Shown: one piece after another, positions 41,575 to 51,713 of the stretch
How the letters are laid out: every line of letters starts with the position of its first letter
Numbering within the stretch: the first letter of the stretch is position 1
DNA from: an uncultured delta proteobacterium
Lineage (GTDB): Bacteria; Desulfobacterota; RBG-13-43-22
DNA: 64,000 nucleotides
Assembly (NCBI GenBank): GCA_963743305.1
Contig: CAVUPH010000042.1
Span: 82,018-146,017 of the forward strand
Direction: 5' to 3'
Translations under genes and position numbers: made by a program
The notes under the pieces: generated by a model
Seen by the model: the letters and a program-made list of their open reading frames with translations, nothing else
What the model was told of the DNA's origin: nothing
The model's database searches: none

Positions 41575-44500
41575 ATGACGTCAAATCAGGATATTGAGAA
41601 ACTTCGTCGGCGAATTTTCGAACTCGAGGCGGAGATCGACAGGCTGAAACTACTCCCCAAAGAAAAGGAAGTGACGGGGGCCTTAGAGGACCAGGAGACC
41701 CGTTTTCGCGTATTGATCGAGAATATAGAGGATTTGATCTTTACCCTCGATCTCCATCTTCGGACCACCTATATAAGTCCATCGGTGAAGAAAGTCCTGG
41801 GGTACAGTCCCGAGGAATGGATGAGTCAACGTCCCGACGAACAGCTTACCCCGAAGTCGCTCGAATTGGCCGTCCAGACGCTGGCCTTGGAACTTGAACG
41901 GGAAAAGGATCCCTCAACGCCCCCTGACCGCTCGGTTACCCTGGAACTGGAATTCAATCATCGAGACGGGGCGACTAGGATTTTGGAAACGGTCTTTCGC
42001 AGCCTCCGAGACCGGCAGGGGAAGTGGGTTGGAATTTGTGGCCTTTCCCGGGATATCAGCGCGCGAAAAAGGATGGAGGAGATCCTGAGGGAAAGTGAGG
42101 AACGCTATCGCGATTTGGTCGAGAATAGTCAGGATTTGATTTGCACCCACGACCTCAAAGGTAAACTACTCTCCGTGAGCGGAGCGGCGGTTAGAGTATT
42201 GGGGTATCCCCTTGAAGTGCTGTTGAAAATGAATCCGTTCGATCTGCTCGACCCCGAGATGCGTGACCGCTTCGACGCCTATCTGGCCGAGATCCAGCGT
42301 GAGGGCCGGTCCAGCGGCATTATGCGGGTGCTAACCGCCGGCGGTGAAACCCGCTATTGGGAATATAACAACACCCTGCGGACCGAAGGGGTTGCCGTCC
42401 CCATCGTGCGCGGCATGGCCCGGGATATCACCGAACGCCGGCAGGCCGAAAGGGCCTTACGCCGGAGCGAGACATTATTGCAAGCCATCCTGGGATCCAC
42501 CGCTGACGGCCTCTTAACGGTGAGCGCGGAAAACAAGATTCTTTACGCCAACGAACTTTTTTTCGAGATGTGGAAGATCCCCCCCGGGTTGATTGCAGGG
42601 GGGGATAACGCCGCTCTGCTTCAGTACGTCCCTGATCAACTGACCGATCCGCAAGGGTTTCTGTGGAAAGTCCGGGAAATATACACTTCGAAGGATGACA
42701 GTTTCGATATCCTTGAATTTAAGGATGGCAGGGTGATGGAACGACTATCCCGTCCCCTGATGGAGGGGGAACAAATCCGAGGTAGGGTCTGGTCCTTTCG
42801 GGATATCTCCGAACGCAAACGGAAGGAGGAGGCCCTGCGGCAAAGCGAGGAGAGGTATCGGGCCATTTTCGAACAGGCCGTGGAGGGCTTTTTCCAGAGC
42901 ACTCCGGAGGGGCGGTGGATCAAGGTCAATCAGGCTTTGGCCCGGATGTGCGGTTATGCCTCCCCGGAGGAGATGACGACCTCGATCCGGGATATTGCCG
43001 AACAGCATTATACCCAACGGGAAGACCGCGAGGAATTTAATCGACTCCTCCGCGAGCAGGGGGTGGTGGAGAACTTCGAACACCAAACCCGACGAAAGGA
43101 CGGCAGTTCTTTTTGGACCTCCGTCAGTGCCCGGGCCGTCCGGGACCGGGAAGGCCGGATTCTCTATTACGAAGGGACTCACGAGGATATCGACCAAAGA
43201 AAAAAAGCCGAGCGGTTGCTGGTGGATGCCGAAGAACAGTATCGCTCGCTCTTTGAATGCTCTACCAATGCCATTTTGATTCGCAATGCTGAGGACCGGA
43301 TCACCATGGTGAATCCGGCGGGGGTCGCCTTGTTGGGAGCCGCAAAAGCCGAGGACCTGATCGGCCGGGCTTATCTGGACCTGGTGTACCCGGAAGACCG
43401 TCCGGAATCGGCGGAGCGGATCGAAAAAATTTTTCGGGCCGCTGCCGACCAACAGCCAACCGGTGAATTCGATCAAACCGCCGTGCCGCCGAGAGAACAC
43501 CGGATGGTCACCTTGAGGGGCGAAGTGATTTATGTCGAATCGACCGGAGTGGCTTTTCACCACAAAGGCGAATCTTTCGTCCAGGGGATCTTTCGAGATA
43601 TCACCGAGCGTAAGCGGGCGGAAGAAGCCCTGAGGCGGAGTGAAGACCAGTACCGCCGTTTGTTCGAGGAATCCAAACGGGCCGAAGAGTTATATCGTTC
43701 GCTTCTGAATTCCTCGGCCGACGCCATCGCGATCTACGACCTGGAAGGAAAGGTCCGGTTTATCAATCCTTCTTTTACCCGAACCTTCGGCTGGACCTTG
43801 GAAGAACTGGTCGGTAAGCGAATTCCTTTTGTTCCCGATTCTGAAAAAGAAAAAAGCATGGCCGAAATCAGCCGGGGATTGTCCGGAGGCCCTCCCGTGA
43901 TCTTTGAAACAAAAAGGATCACCCAAGACGGCCGAATCCTCGACATTATACTCAGCGGTTCGCGCTACGATGATCACGAGGGGACGCCGGCCGGGAACCT
44001 GTCCATCTTTCATGACATTACCCAGACCAGGGTCCTGGAAGCACAGTTTCGGCAAGCTCAGAAAATGGAGGCCGTCGGCACCCTGGCTGGAGGCATCGCC
44101 CACGACTTCAACAATCTCCTGCAGGCCATCGGCGGCTATGCCCAATTGCTTCTTTGGGATAAATCCGCAAAAGACCCCGGGCATCAGGAGTTGCTGGGGA
44201 TTCAAAAAGCCGTTCAGCGGGCGGCCCAGCTTATTCGTCAATTGCTGACCTTCAGCCGCAAGGTGGAAGGGAACCGACGGCCCCTCGACCTGAATCAGGA
44301 AATTCTGGAAGCGGAAAAAGTGTTGAGGCGGACTATCCCGAAAATGATCGTCCTGGATCTCCATCTGGAGAGTCGTCTGAAATGGGTAGAGGCCGACCCG
44401 GTCCAGATTGAACAAATACTGCTGAATTTAGGGAGCAACGCCGCCGACGCCATGCCCAACGGCGGGCGGCTGGTCCTGGAGAGCGGCAATGTTTGTCTGG

Positions 44501-45219
44501 ACGAGGAATTCTGCCGCCGGCACTTGGGCGCGACGCCCGGGAATTACGTCCTCCTGGCCGTGACGGATACGGGGCAGGGCATGGACCAGGTAACGGTGCA
44601 GCACATCTTCGAGCCTTTTTTCACCACCAAGGAAATCGGGAAGGGTACCGGTTTAGGGCTGGCTTCGGTGTACGGCATCGTCAAGAGCCATGGCGGGTAT
44701 ATCCTTTGTGAGAGCGCGGAAGGGCAAGGTACGGCTTTCAAAATTTATCTGCCGGCCGTCGAGGAAAAGGAGGTCGGAGTTGAAAAGGGGGAAGAAGAAG
44801 CCTTATTGACCGGCGGATCGGAAACCATCCTGGTGGTGGACGATGAAGCCGCGGTCCGGGATCTGACCGTCCAGATCCTTCAGCGCCACGGGTATCAGGT
44901 TTTCGCTGCCGACTGCGGCGAGGCGGCGCTGGAATATCTTCAAACCCGCCCGGGGGAAATTGACCTGGTCCTCCTCGATTTGGGGATGCCCGGAATGGGC
45001 GGCCTCCATTGCCTGCGGGAGCTGGTCAGAATCGATTCCTCGGTCCGAGTCCTGATCGCCAGCGGCTACTCGGTCGACGGTCCGGTAAAAGAGGGCCTGG
45101 AGTCCGGCGCCGCGGGATATATCGGCAAACCCTATCGGCTTAAGGATTTGCTGGACAAAGTCAGAACGGTTCTGGGAGGAACACGAAAACCTTCTCAAGG
45201 ACTTTCCGGCGAGGCTTAG
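41575..45219 (+). CDS. Multi-PAS hybrid histidine kinase with receiver
   Basis: About 6 PAS domains; LAGGIAHDFNN, EPFFTTK, GTGLGL, LVVDDE. Confidence 0.93.
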   Translation: MTSNQDIEKLRRRIFELEAEIDRLKLLPKEKEVTGALEDQETRFRVLIENIEDLIFTLDLHLRTTYISPSVKKVLGYSPEEWMSQRPDEQLTPKSLELAVQTLALELEREKDPSTPPDRSVTLELEFNHRDGATRILETVFRSLRDRQGKWVGICGLSRDISARKRMEEILRESEERYRDLVENSQDLICTHDLKGKLLSVSGAAVRVLGYPLEVLLKMNPFDLLDPEMRDRFDAYLAEIQREGRSSGIMRVLTAGGETRYWEYNNTLRTEGVAVPIVRGMARDITERRQAERALRRSETLLQAILGSTADGLLTVSAENKILYANELFFEMWKIPPGLIAGGDNAALLQYVPDQLTDPQGFLWKVREIYTSKDDSFDILEFKDGRVMERLSRPLMEGEQIRGRVWSFRDISERKRKEEALRQSEERYRAIFEQAVEGFFQSTPEGRWIKVNQALARMCGYASPEEMTTSIRDIAEQHYTQREDREEFNRLLREQGVVENFEHQTRRKDGSSFWTSVSARAVRDREGRILYYEGTHEDIDQRKKAERLLVDAEEQYRSLFECSTNAILIRNAEDRITMVNPAGVALLGAAKAEDLIGRAYLDLVYPEDRPESAERIEKIFRAAADQQPTGEFDQTAVPPREHRMVTLRGEVIYVESTGVAFHHKGESFVQGIFRDITERKRAEEALRRSEDQYRRLFEESKRAEELYRSLLNSSADAIAIYDLEGKVRFINPSFTRTFGWTLEELVGKRIPFVPDSEKEKSMAEISRGLSGGPPVIFETKRITQDGRILDIILSGSRYDDHEGTPAGNLSIFHDITQTRVLEAQFRQAQKMEAVGTLAGGIAHDFNNLLQAIGGYAQLLLWDKSAKDPGHQELLGIQKAVQRAAQLIRQLLTFSRKVEGNRRPLDLNQEILEAEKVLRRTIPKMIVLDLHLESRLKWVEADPVQIEQILLNLGSNAADAMPNGGRLVLESGNVCLDEEFCRRHLGATPGNYVLLAVTDTGQGMDQVTVQHIFEPFFTTKEIGKGTGLGLASVYGIVKSHGGYILCESAEGQGTAFKIYLPAVEEKEVGVEKGEEEALLTGGSETILVVDDEAAVRDLTVQILQRHGYQVFAADCGEAALEYLQTRPGEIDLVLLDLGMPGMGGLHCLRELVRIDSSVRVLIASGYSVDGPVKEGLESGAAGYIGKPYRLKDLLDKVRTVLGGTRKPSQGLSGEA

Positions 45220-45227
45220 CGTTGGAA

Positions 45228-45309
45228 GTGAATTCCCATGGTTCCACCCTACCCCAGCCCGGCGGTTATTCGCGCTCGGGCTGTTGACGGACTTCTGGCG
45301 AGTCCGTCA
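45228..45309. repeat. Right half of the family A variant seen at 51385..51541
   Basis: ATGGTTCCACCCTACCCCAGCCCGGCG...CGCGCTCGGGCTG...GCGAGTCCGTCA shared. Confidence 0.75.
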
Positions 45310-45445
45310 ATATTGTCTTGACAAATAGAATTTTCGGGAGTATCCGAATTTCAGGCTTCCTTCTTTTTCTACAGAATCTATTCCCCTTTCCCCTCTCCTG
45401 GGAGGAAGATTTTAGCTTAAATCTGAGTCGGTATATCTCCTCGTT

Positions 45446-47446
45446 GTGGAGGTCCAAGGGTTGAAACTGCCAAAAACCGGAAAGCAAGCGGGGGAGAGAG
45501 TGGGCTTCTCCCCGGTGAATTATCGGTTACTCGTAGAGAACCTGGAAGATATTGTCTTTACCACGGATCTCAGCCTGCATCTGACCTATGTGAGTCCGTC
45601 GATAGAGAAAATCCTGGGGTACACCCCCGAAGAAAGAATGAGGCAGCCTATCCAGGAGCGGCTTGCTCCCGAATCCTTGAAAGTGGCCGCTGATACGCTG
45701 GCCCTGGAGATCGATCGGGAGCAGGACTCTTCCGTCGACCCAGATCGCGTCATCACTTTGGAATTAGGTTATCTCCACCAAGACGGCTCCCTCCGGGTTT
45801 TGGAAACGGCCGTCAAAGGTCTCCGCGACAAGGAAGAAAAACTTGTCGGAATATTCGGGTTATCCCGTGATGTCACTGCTCGAAAACGGGCGGAAGAGGC
45901 GCGTAATGGTACTCTGGTTGAGTGGGATACCATCTTCCAGGCCATCGGGCAGCCGGTGTTGATCCTCGATCCCCAAGCTAAAATTATCGCCGCCAACCTG
46001 GCCGTGGAGAATGCCACCGGACAACCGTTGGAAATCCTCCGGGGTAAGCACTGCTACGAGGTCTTTCACCGCAGCGATCACCCCCCCAGCGGGTGTCCGT
46101 TTCAAAAAATGATGACTTCGGGTTCCCCGGAGACGGTCGAAATGGAGGTGGAAGCACTAGGCGGCATTTATTTGGTCTCCTGCACCCCGATATCCGATGC
46201 CGACGGCCACCTAAAGAAGGTCATTCATATCGCCACGGATATCACTGGACCTAAACGTTTGGAGCGGGAGCGATTGGAGATGGAACGCCGCCTTCAGCAG
46301 ATGGAGAAGTCGGAGAGCCTGGGTCGGATGGCCGGGGCGATTGCCCATCATTTCAATAACCTGCTCGGAGTGGTGATCGGGAATCTGGAGATGGCTCTTT
46401 GGGACCTGCCCTCGGCATCGTCCACTCGCGATACACTGGAGGAGGCCTTGAAGGCCTCCCGCCGGGCGGCCGAGGTCAGTGCTCTGATGCTCGCCTATTT
46501 GGGCAAAACCCTTGTCCGGAGGGAGCCGCTGGACGTAGTCCAGGTCTTGAGAGAAGCCCAGCCGCTATTGAGCGCTTCCCTGCCGAAAGAGGTGAGACTG
46601 AAGACGGATTCTTCCGTCCCGAAGCTTATCATCCGGGCCGATGCGCTGCATCTCCGGCAAATCCTGACTAACTTGGTGGTGAATGCCGGGGAGGCCATGG
46701 GCGACCGGGTGGGAGAGGTTGCCGTATCCGTCTCCGTAATCCCGGCGGCGGAGATTCGCCTCTTACGATTTTTCCCGGTAAACTGGGAACCGCGGGAAGA
46801 GTCCTACCTGTGCCTTTCGGTCTCTGATGAGGGCGGCGGAATGGATCCGTCGATTCTGGAAAAGATTTTTGATCCCTTTTTCACTACTAAATTGACCGGC
46901 CGGGGCTTGGGACTCGCCGTGGTGTTGGGTTTGGCCGGGGCCCAGGAGGGAGCCTTGGCCGTGGAGACCAAGGCTGGCCGGGGCACCACCTTTCGGGTAT
47001 TCCTGCCTCTGCCCGATCAGGCACTGCTCCCGGCCCGGGAAGAAGAGGCTATCCCTACCGCCCCGCAACCCGGCCGAGGATGGGTGTTGGTGGTGGAAGA
47101 TGAACCTTCGGTTCGTAAGATGGCCCAGGCGTTGCTCCGGCGACTGGGCTATGAGGAAGTGACGGCGGTCGATGGCCTCGAGGCCTTGGAGGTGTTTCGC
47201 CGGCACCAGGACCGGATCGGCTGCGTGCTCCTCGACCTCACCATGCCGCGCCTGGACGGCTGGCAGACCTTGACGGCCCTCCGGGCCCTGCGGCCGAATT
47301 TGCCGGTGATCCTGGCCAGCGGCTACAGCCAGGCCCAAGCCATGGAAGGGGCTCCCGCCGAGAAACCCCAGGTCTTTTTAACCAAACCCTACTCGATGGC
47401 GGATCTGAAGGCGGCGCTGGATGCGGTCATGCCTTTAGAAGGGTGA
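45446..47446 (+). CDS. PAS hybrid histidine kinase with receiver (start uncertain)
   Basis: MAGAIAHHFNN, DPFFTTK, VVEDE...LDLTMP. Confidence 0.9.
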   Translation: MEVQGLKLPKTGKQAGERVGFSPVNYRLLVENLEDIVFTTDLSLHLTYVSPSIEKILGYTPEERMRQPIQERLAPESLKVAADTLALEIDREQDSSVDPDRVITLELGYLHQDGSLRVLETAVKGLRDKEEKLVGIFGLSRDVTARKRAEEARNGTLVEWDTIFQAIGQPVLILDPQAKIIAANLAVENATGQPLEILRGKHCYEVFHRSDHPPSGCPFQKMMTSGSPETVEMEVEALGGIYLVSCTPISDADGHLKKVIHIATDITGPKRLERERLEMERRLQQMEKSESLGRMAGAIAHHFNNLLGVVIGNLEMALWDLPSASSTRDTLEEALKASRRAAEVSALMLAYLGKTLVRREPLDVVQVLREAQPLLSASLPKEVRLKTDSSVPKLIIRADALHLRQILTNLVVNAGEAMGDRVGEVAVSVSVIPAAEIRLLRFFPVNWEPREESYLCLSVSDEGGGMDPSILEKIFDPFFTTKLTGRGLGLAVVLGLAGAQEGALAVETKAGRGTTFRVFLPLPDQALLPAREEEAIPTAPQPGRGWVLVVEDEPSVRKMAQALLRRLGYEEVTAVDGLEALEVFRRHQDRIGCVLLDLTMPRLDGWQTLTALRALRPNLPVILASGYSQAQAMEGAPAEKPQVFLTKPYSMADLKAALDAVMPLEG

Positions 47447-47539
47447 TGTCCATTCAGGACGTATCCCTGAGGAAAAAAATCCTACCTTACCCCCCCCCTA
47501 AAATTTAGACCAATCAGCTTAAACGAAAATAAAGGTTAG

Positions 47540-47645
47540 CGGTTATTCCCGCCCCCTTGAAATCCCCCTAAATCCCCCTTTGCCAAAGGGGGACTTGGAC
47601 ACCCCCCTTAGAAAAAGGGGGGCTGGGGGGGGATTTTCATGCTTA
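47540..47645. repeat. Repeat family B copy 4 (no loop insert)
   Basis: AAATCCCCCTAAATCCCCCTTTGCCAAAGGGGGACTTGGAC... Confidence 0.78.
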
Positions 47646-47919
47646 GTGAATACCCACCTCGGGCAGAGGCGGGTATTCACAACAGGATTGCAATAAAAAT
47701 ACCGTCGTTTTCATCAAAAAATACCCCTTTCGCCCTATTTATGTTTTTGATTATTAAGGGCATCGTTCAAAGATCAGGCTTCAAGGGATCAATCCTAAAT
47801 CAAAACACCCTAGAGGGAGATTCCCCGGGCTTTTACATTTGGAAAACCCTTTCGCCGAGACCAGACGGCCATACCAGTTCTGGGGGGTACCCACCCAAAA
47901 GGGCGAAGCGTCCATTTTA

Positions 47920-47933
47920 ATGACTTAAGTCAA
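47920..47933. promoter_or_regulatory. CRP/FNR-family (HcpR-like) site upstream of nrfH
   Basis: ATGAC-TTAA-GTCAA, one mismatch to TTGAC-N4-GTCAA. Confidence 0.5.
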
Positions 47934-48044
47934 GGAGTATTATTATTTTTTCTTTAATATCTTTTCGAAGTTGAATACCGCTGTATGATCTTTTAGAAAG
48001 ACTTTTGCCTCATTCCACAACAACCATTTAAACGGGAGGACCCC

Positions 48045-48509
48045 ATGCGCCTTGCCCCCTCCAAGAAGTTGTGGTTCTATGCTATCATCCTCGCGGTTAT
48101 CCTGGGCGCCGGCGGGTGGTATGTCTCCTTCGGCCCGCCCAAACTCTATGCTAAATCCAGCACCCCGGAATTCTGCGCCGGCTGTCACGTCATGGAGGCG
48201 GAATACGAAGCCTGGCGGCACGCCGGGGCCCATCGTCGGATCAAATGCGTGGACTGCCATCTCCCCAACGACAATAAAGTCCGCCACCTGACCTGGAAAA
48301 ATATCGACGGGCTGAAGGACATGGCCCTTTTTTATTCCGGGAGGGTTTCCGAAAACCTCCGCATTTCCGACCGGGGCGCCAGGGTGGTCCAGGAAAACTG
48401 CAAACGTTGCCACGAGGAAGCCATCGCCCGGATCACGGTGGACCGGAACTGCTGGGAATGTCACCGGCGGTTGTCCCATAAATCCAGCGGCGTCAGGGAT
48501 ACGCTTTAG
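48045..48509 (+). CDS. nrfH: Cytochrome c nitrite reductase small subunit (tetraheme)
   Basis: TM anchor plus CAGCH, CVDCH, CKRCH, CWECH. Confidence 0.92.
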   Translation: MRLAPSKKLWFYAIILAVILGAGGWYVSFGPPKLYAKSSTPEFCAGCHVMEAEYEAWRHAGAHRRIKCVDCHLPNDNKVRHLTWKNIDGLKDMALFYSGRVSENLRISDRGARVVQENCKRCHEEAIARITVDRNCWECHRRLSHKSSGVRDTL

Positions 48510-48576
48510 ATAAATACGCGAAGCGCCGGGCGCGGAGCGCCGGGCGGGAAGAAAATTTAAGGGGAAGGAGAATAGT

Positions 48577-50085
48577 ATGAAAAGGAAAAGGATCGTGATC
48601 GCCTTGGGGTTGATCGTACTCGCGGGGGCTTTATGGTTTGTGGCTTGTGCGCCCCCGAAAAGCGAGCCGGTCAAAACAGTAGCCATCGCCGACGGAGATT
48701 TCGATCCGGCCAACTGGGGCAAGGCCTATCCCCTGGAGTACGATTATTGGCTCAAAACCAAAGAACCCCGGCCGGCCGGTAAAAGCAAATACAAAAAGGG
48801 CTTCGATACGGACAAGATCATCTACGACAAGCTGAGTGAATTTCCCTATATGCCCCTCTTGTTCAACGGCTGGGGTTTCGGGGTGGAATATAATGAGCCG
48901 CGGGGCCATCATTACATGCTGATCGACCAGTTGGAAGTGGATCCTTCCCGGCTGAAAGCCGGCGGGGCCTGCCTGACCTGCAAGACCCCCTATGCCCCCC
49001 AGATGCAAAAGGAGATGGGGGTCGATTATTTCAGGCTTCCCTACCTGGAAGTGCACAGCAAGATTCCGGTCAATTTCCAAAAGCTGGGAGTCACCTGCGT
49101 GGATTGCCACGACAACAAAACCCTCAATCCCAAGCTCTCCCGCTGGACCTTGAAAAAGGCCCTGGCCGACATCGGCAAGGACGAGCAATCACTGACCCGG
49201 CAGGAAATGCGCAGTCTGGTCTGTGCCCAATGCCATGTGACTTACATCGTTCAAAAAGATGAAGAGATGAAATCTAAGGCCGTCCTTTTTCCCTGGATGG
49301 GCAGCAAACCGGAAAACATTTCTATTGAAAACATCATCAAAGTGCTGAAGAGCGATCCTTCCTACGGGGAATGGAAACAAAGCATCACCGGGTTCAAATT
49401 CGGGTTTATCCGTCATCCGGAATATGAGTTCTACAGCCGGAACAGCGTTCACTGGAAGGCCAACGCCGCCTGCGCCGATTGCCATATGCCCTATATCAAA
49501 GTGGGGGCCAACAAGATTTCCGATCACAATGTCATGAGCCCGCTGAAGAACGACATGAAAGCCTGCCAGCAGTGCCACAGTGAGACCCCCCAGTGGCTGG
49601 CGGATCAGGTGATCGCCATTCAGGACCGGACCGTCTCCCTGATGAATCGGTCCGGGTATGCCTGTGCCGTTACGGCCAAGTTGTTTGAAATGGCCCATCA
49701 GGCCCGGGAACAGGGAAAAAAGATCGATCCGGCCCTGTACGACCAAGCGAAGAACCTGTATTATGAGGCCTTTTACCGGGTAATCTTCATTGGGGCGGAA
49801 AACTCGGTGGGCTTCCACAACCCGACGGAGGCCGGGCGGATCTCCGGAGATGCCGTGGCCCTGGCCATGCGGGCGGAAGCCCTGCTGCGTCAGGCCCTGG
49901 CCCAGGCGGGGGTGGCGGTGCCGGCCGATCTCAATCTGGAAATGGCCAAATACATCGAAAACCGGGGCGTCAAGAAGTTGAAATTCCGACCGGAGTTTGA
50001 ATTCAAGGATCCCTATGGTACCCAAGAGATGATTACCCCGGTCAAATTTTCCGGTCTGCCCCCGTCGGCGGCTAAAACGAGGTAA
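48577..50085 (+). CDS. nrfA: Ammonia-forming cytochrome c nitrite reductase
   Basis: CLTCK plus four CxxCH; EPRGH, FIRHPEYE, GFHNP. Confidence 0.96.
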   Translation: MKRKRIVIALGLIVLAGALWFVACAPPKSEPVKTVAIADGDFDPANWGKAYPLEYDYWLKTKEPRPAGKSKYKKGFDTDKIIYDKLSEFPYMPLLFNGWGFGVEYNEPRGHHYMLIDQLEVDPSRLKAGGACLTCKTPYAPQMQKEMGVDYFRLPYLEVHSKIPVNFQKLGVTCVDCHDNKTLNPKLSRWTLKKALADIGKDEQSLTRQEMRSLVCAQCHVTYIVQKDEEMKSKAVLFPWMGSKPENISIENIIKVLKSDPSYGEWKQSITGFKFGFIRHPEYEFYSRNSVHWKANAACADCHMPYIKVGANKISDHNVMSPLKNDMKACQQCHSETPQWLADQVIAIQDRTVSLMNRSGYACAVTAKLFEMAHQAREQGKKIDPALYDQAKNLYYEAFYRVIFIGAENSVGFHNPTEAGRISGDAVALAMRAEALLRQALAQAGVAVPADLNLEMAKYIENRGVKKLKFRPEFEFKDPYGTQEMITPVKFSGLPPSAAKTR

Positions 50086-50089
50086 CCCT

Positions 50090-50464
50090 ATGCGAATCGT
50101 TTTGATTATCGGTCTGCTGGCCCTCTGGATGGCGCCTCAGGTCCTGGCTCAGGGACCGGAGGCTATGTTCAAGGAGGGCAAGAAGCTTTTCGAAAACACC
50201 TGCGCCGACTGCCACCGGGTGAACGGGCAGGGGCTGCCGAACAAGTTCCCGGCCCTGGATAAGAACCCGTTTGTGGTTGGAGACCCTTCCCCGGTTATTG
50301 ACACGGTGCTCCAGGGGCGAAAAGGCAAGTTGGGCCAGATGCCGACCTGGAAGGACTCGTTTAGTGACCAGCAAATAGCCTCCATTGTCACCTACATCCG
50401 CCAAGGCTGGTCCAACAAGGGAACCGCCGTCACCCCGGAGGCGGTAAAAAAGAGGAGAAGGTAA
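50090..50464 (+). CDS. Monoheme class I cytochrome c
   Basis: Signal peptide, CADCH, distal MP. Confidence 0.9.
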   Translation: MRIVLIIGLLALWMAPQVLAQGPEAMFKEGKKLFENTCADCHRVNGQGLPNKFPALDKNPFVVGDPSPVIDTVLQGRKGKLGQMPTWKDSFSDQQIASIVTYIRQGWSNKGTAVTPEAVKKRRR

Positions 50465-50587
50465 GGACGATTGAGCAATTCAAGGGCATGGGAGCCCGCT
50501 CTGGTGAAGCGAGGTACCTTTCTTTGGGAACAGACTCTCCAAAGGTAGTTGCTTCCCTCTTCCATTTCCCTTCCAGGGGGGGTATAA

Positions 50588-51364
50588 ATGAAATGGACCG
50601 CTGAAGCCGAGGGGGCTGTTTCCAAAGTCCCCTTTTTTATTCGCAAAAAGGTTAAAAAACGGGTTGAGGAAGAGGCCGAACGGCAGGGCAGCCCGGTGGT
50701 AACCCTGGATCTGGTCAAGGCCTGCCAGCAGCGTTTTCTCCAGAACATGGACCGGGAGGTCAAGGGGTATCAAGTCGAGGCCTGCTTCGGCCCCACGGGC
50801 TGCCCGAACGCAGTGGTCGTCGATCCGGAACTGGTTCAGAAACTGGAAAAAAAGTTGGAGCAGCGGAACCTGAGAGGCTTCCTGAGAGAGAAAGTCAAAG
50901 GCCCTTTGAAGATGCACCACGAATTCCGCGTTTCCCTGTCCACCTGTCCCAACGCCTGCTCCCGGCCCCAGATCGTGGACTTCGGGATGATCGGGGCCTT
51001 GCGTCCGGTCATCGGCGATGAGCCCTGTACCCTGTGCGGAGCCTGCCGGGAGGCTTGTCCGGAAGGGGCCCTGACCCTGGAGGAGGAAACGGCCCGCCCG
51101 GTAATTGATTTTGATCGCTGCCTGGCCTGCGGCCTGTGTATCAAGGCCTGTCCGGTCGGGACCCTGGTGGAAGGCGCCAAGGGTTTCCGCATCCTGCTGG
51201 GAGGAAAACTGGGACGGCATCCTCAGTTGGGCCGGGAATTGCCCGATATCCGTTCGGAGGAGGACCTGCTGGCCATTCTGGACCGGACCTTGGACCACTA
51301 TCAAAAATATAATGAAAAGGGGGAGCGACTGGGAGAGGTCCTGAAGCAACACCCTCTGGGATAG
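50588..51364 (+). CDS. Small NIR/SIR-like FeS protein with N-terminal PCP_red-like domain
   Basis: WTAEAE...VPFFIR; CFGPTGC...CPNAC; two CxxCxxCxxxCP. Confidence 0.8.
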   Translation: MKWTAEAEGAVSKVPFFIRKKVKKRVEEEAERQGSPVVTLDLVKACQQRFLQNMDREVKGYQVEACFGPTGCPNAVVVDPELVQKLEKKLEQRNLRGFLREKVKGPLKMHHEFRVSLSTCPNACSRPQIVDFGMIGALRPVIGDEPCTLCGACREACPEGALTLEEETARPVIDFDRCLACGLCIKACPVGTLVEGAKGFRILLGGKLGRHPQLGRELPDIRSEEDLLAILDRTLDHYQKYNEKGERLGEVLKQHPLG

Positions 51365-51384
51365 CTGTCCTCCAGGGGATCATT

Positions 51385-51541
51385 TGATGACCTCGCAAAA
51401 AGTCAAAAAACGACTTTCTGCTCGGCGGGGGAGGGCTTCCCCTCCCCCGCCATTTGAAGTGAATTCAAATGGTTCCACCCCTACCCCAGCCCGGCGCTTA
51501 ATCGCGCTCGGGCTGCTGACGGACTTTTTGCGAGTCCGTCA
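51385..51541. mobile_element. MITE family A copy 3 (same ends, different interior)
   Basis: TGATGACCTCGCAAAAAGTC / GACTTTTTGCGAGTCCGTCA. Confidence 0.72.
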
Positions 51542-51652
51542 TTTATATATTTTTGACATTATGGTATCAATAGGATAAGTATTTGTAAAAAATTTAGCCG
51601 AATCGACTTGTTGGCAACTCTTTACAGAAGGAATTCCAATGAAAGAATCATA

Positions 51653-51687
51653 GACCCCATTTCTCGGAGGAGAGGTGGGGTTTTTTA
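51653..51687 (+). terminator. Intrinsic terminator just upstream of a kinase gene
   Basis: ACCCCATTTTCTC-loop-GAGAGGTGGGGT followed by a T tract. Confidence 0.65.
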
Positions 51688-51713
51688 TGAAGGCCTCAAG
51701 TGGAGCTTTAAAG

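Noticed and set aside
51595-51650. c-di-AMP riboswitch (GCCGAATC seed)
   Set aside because: The remaining conserved elements are absent
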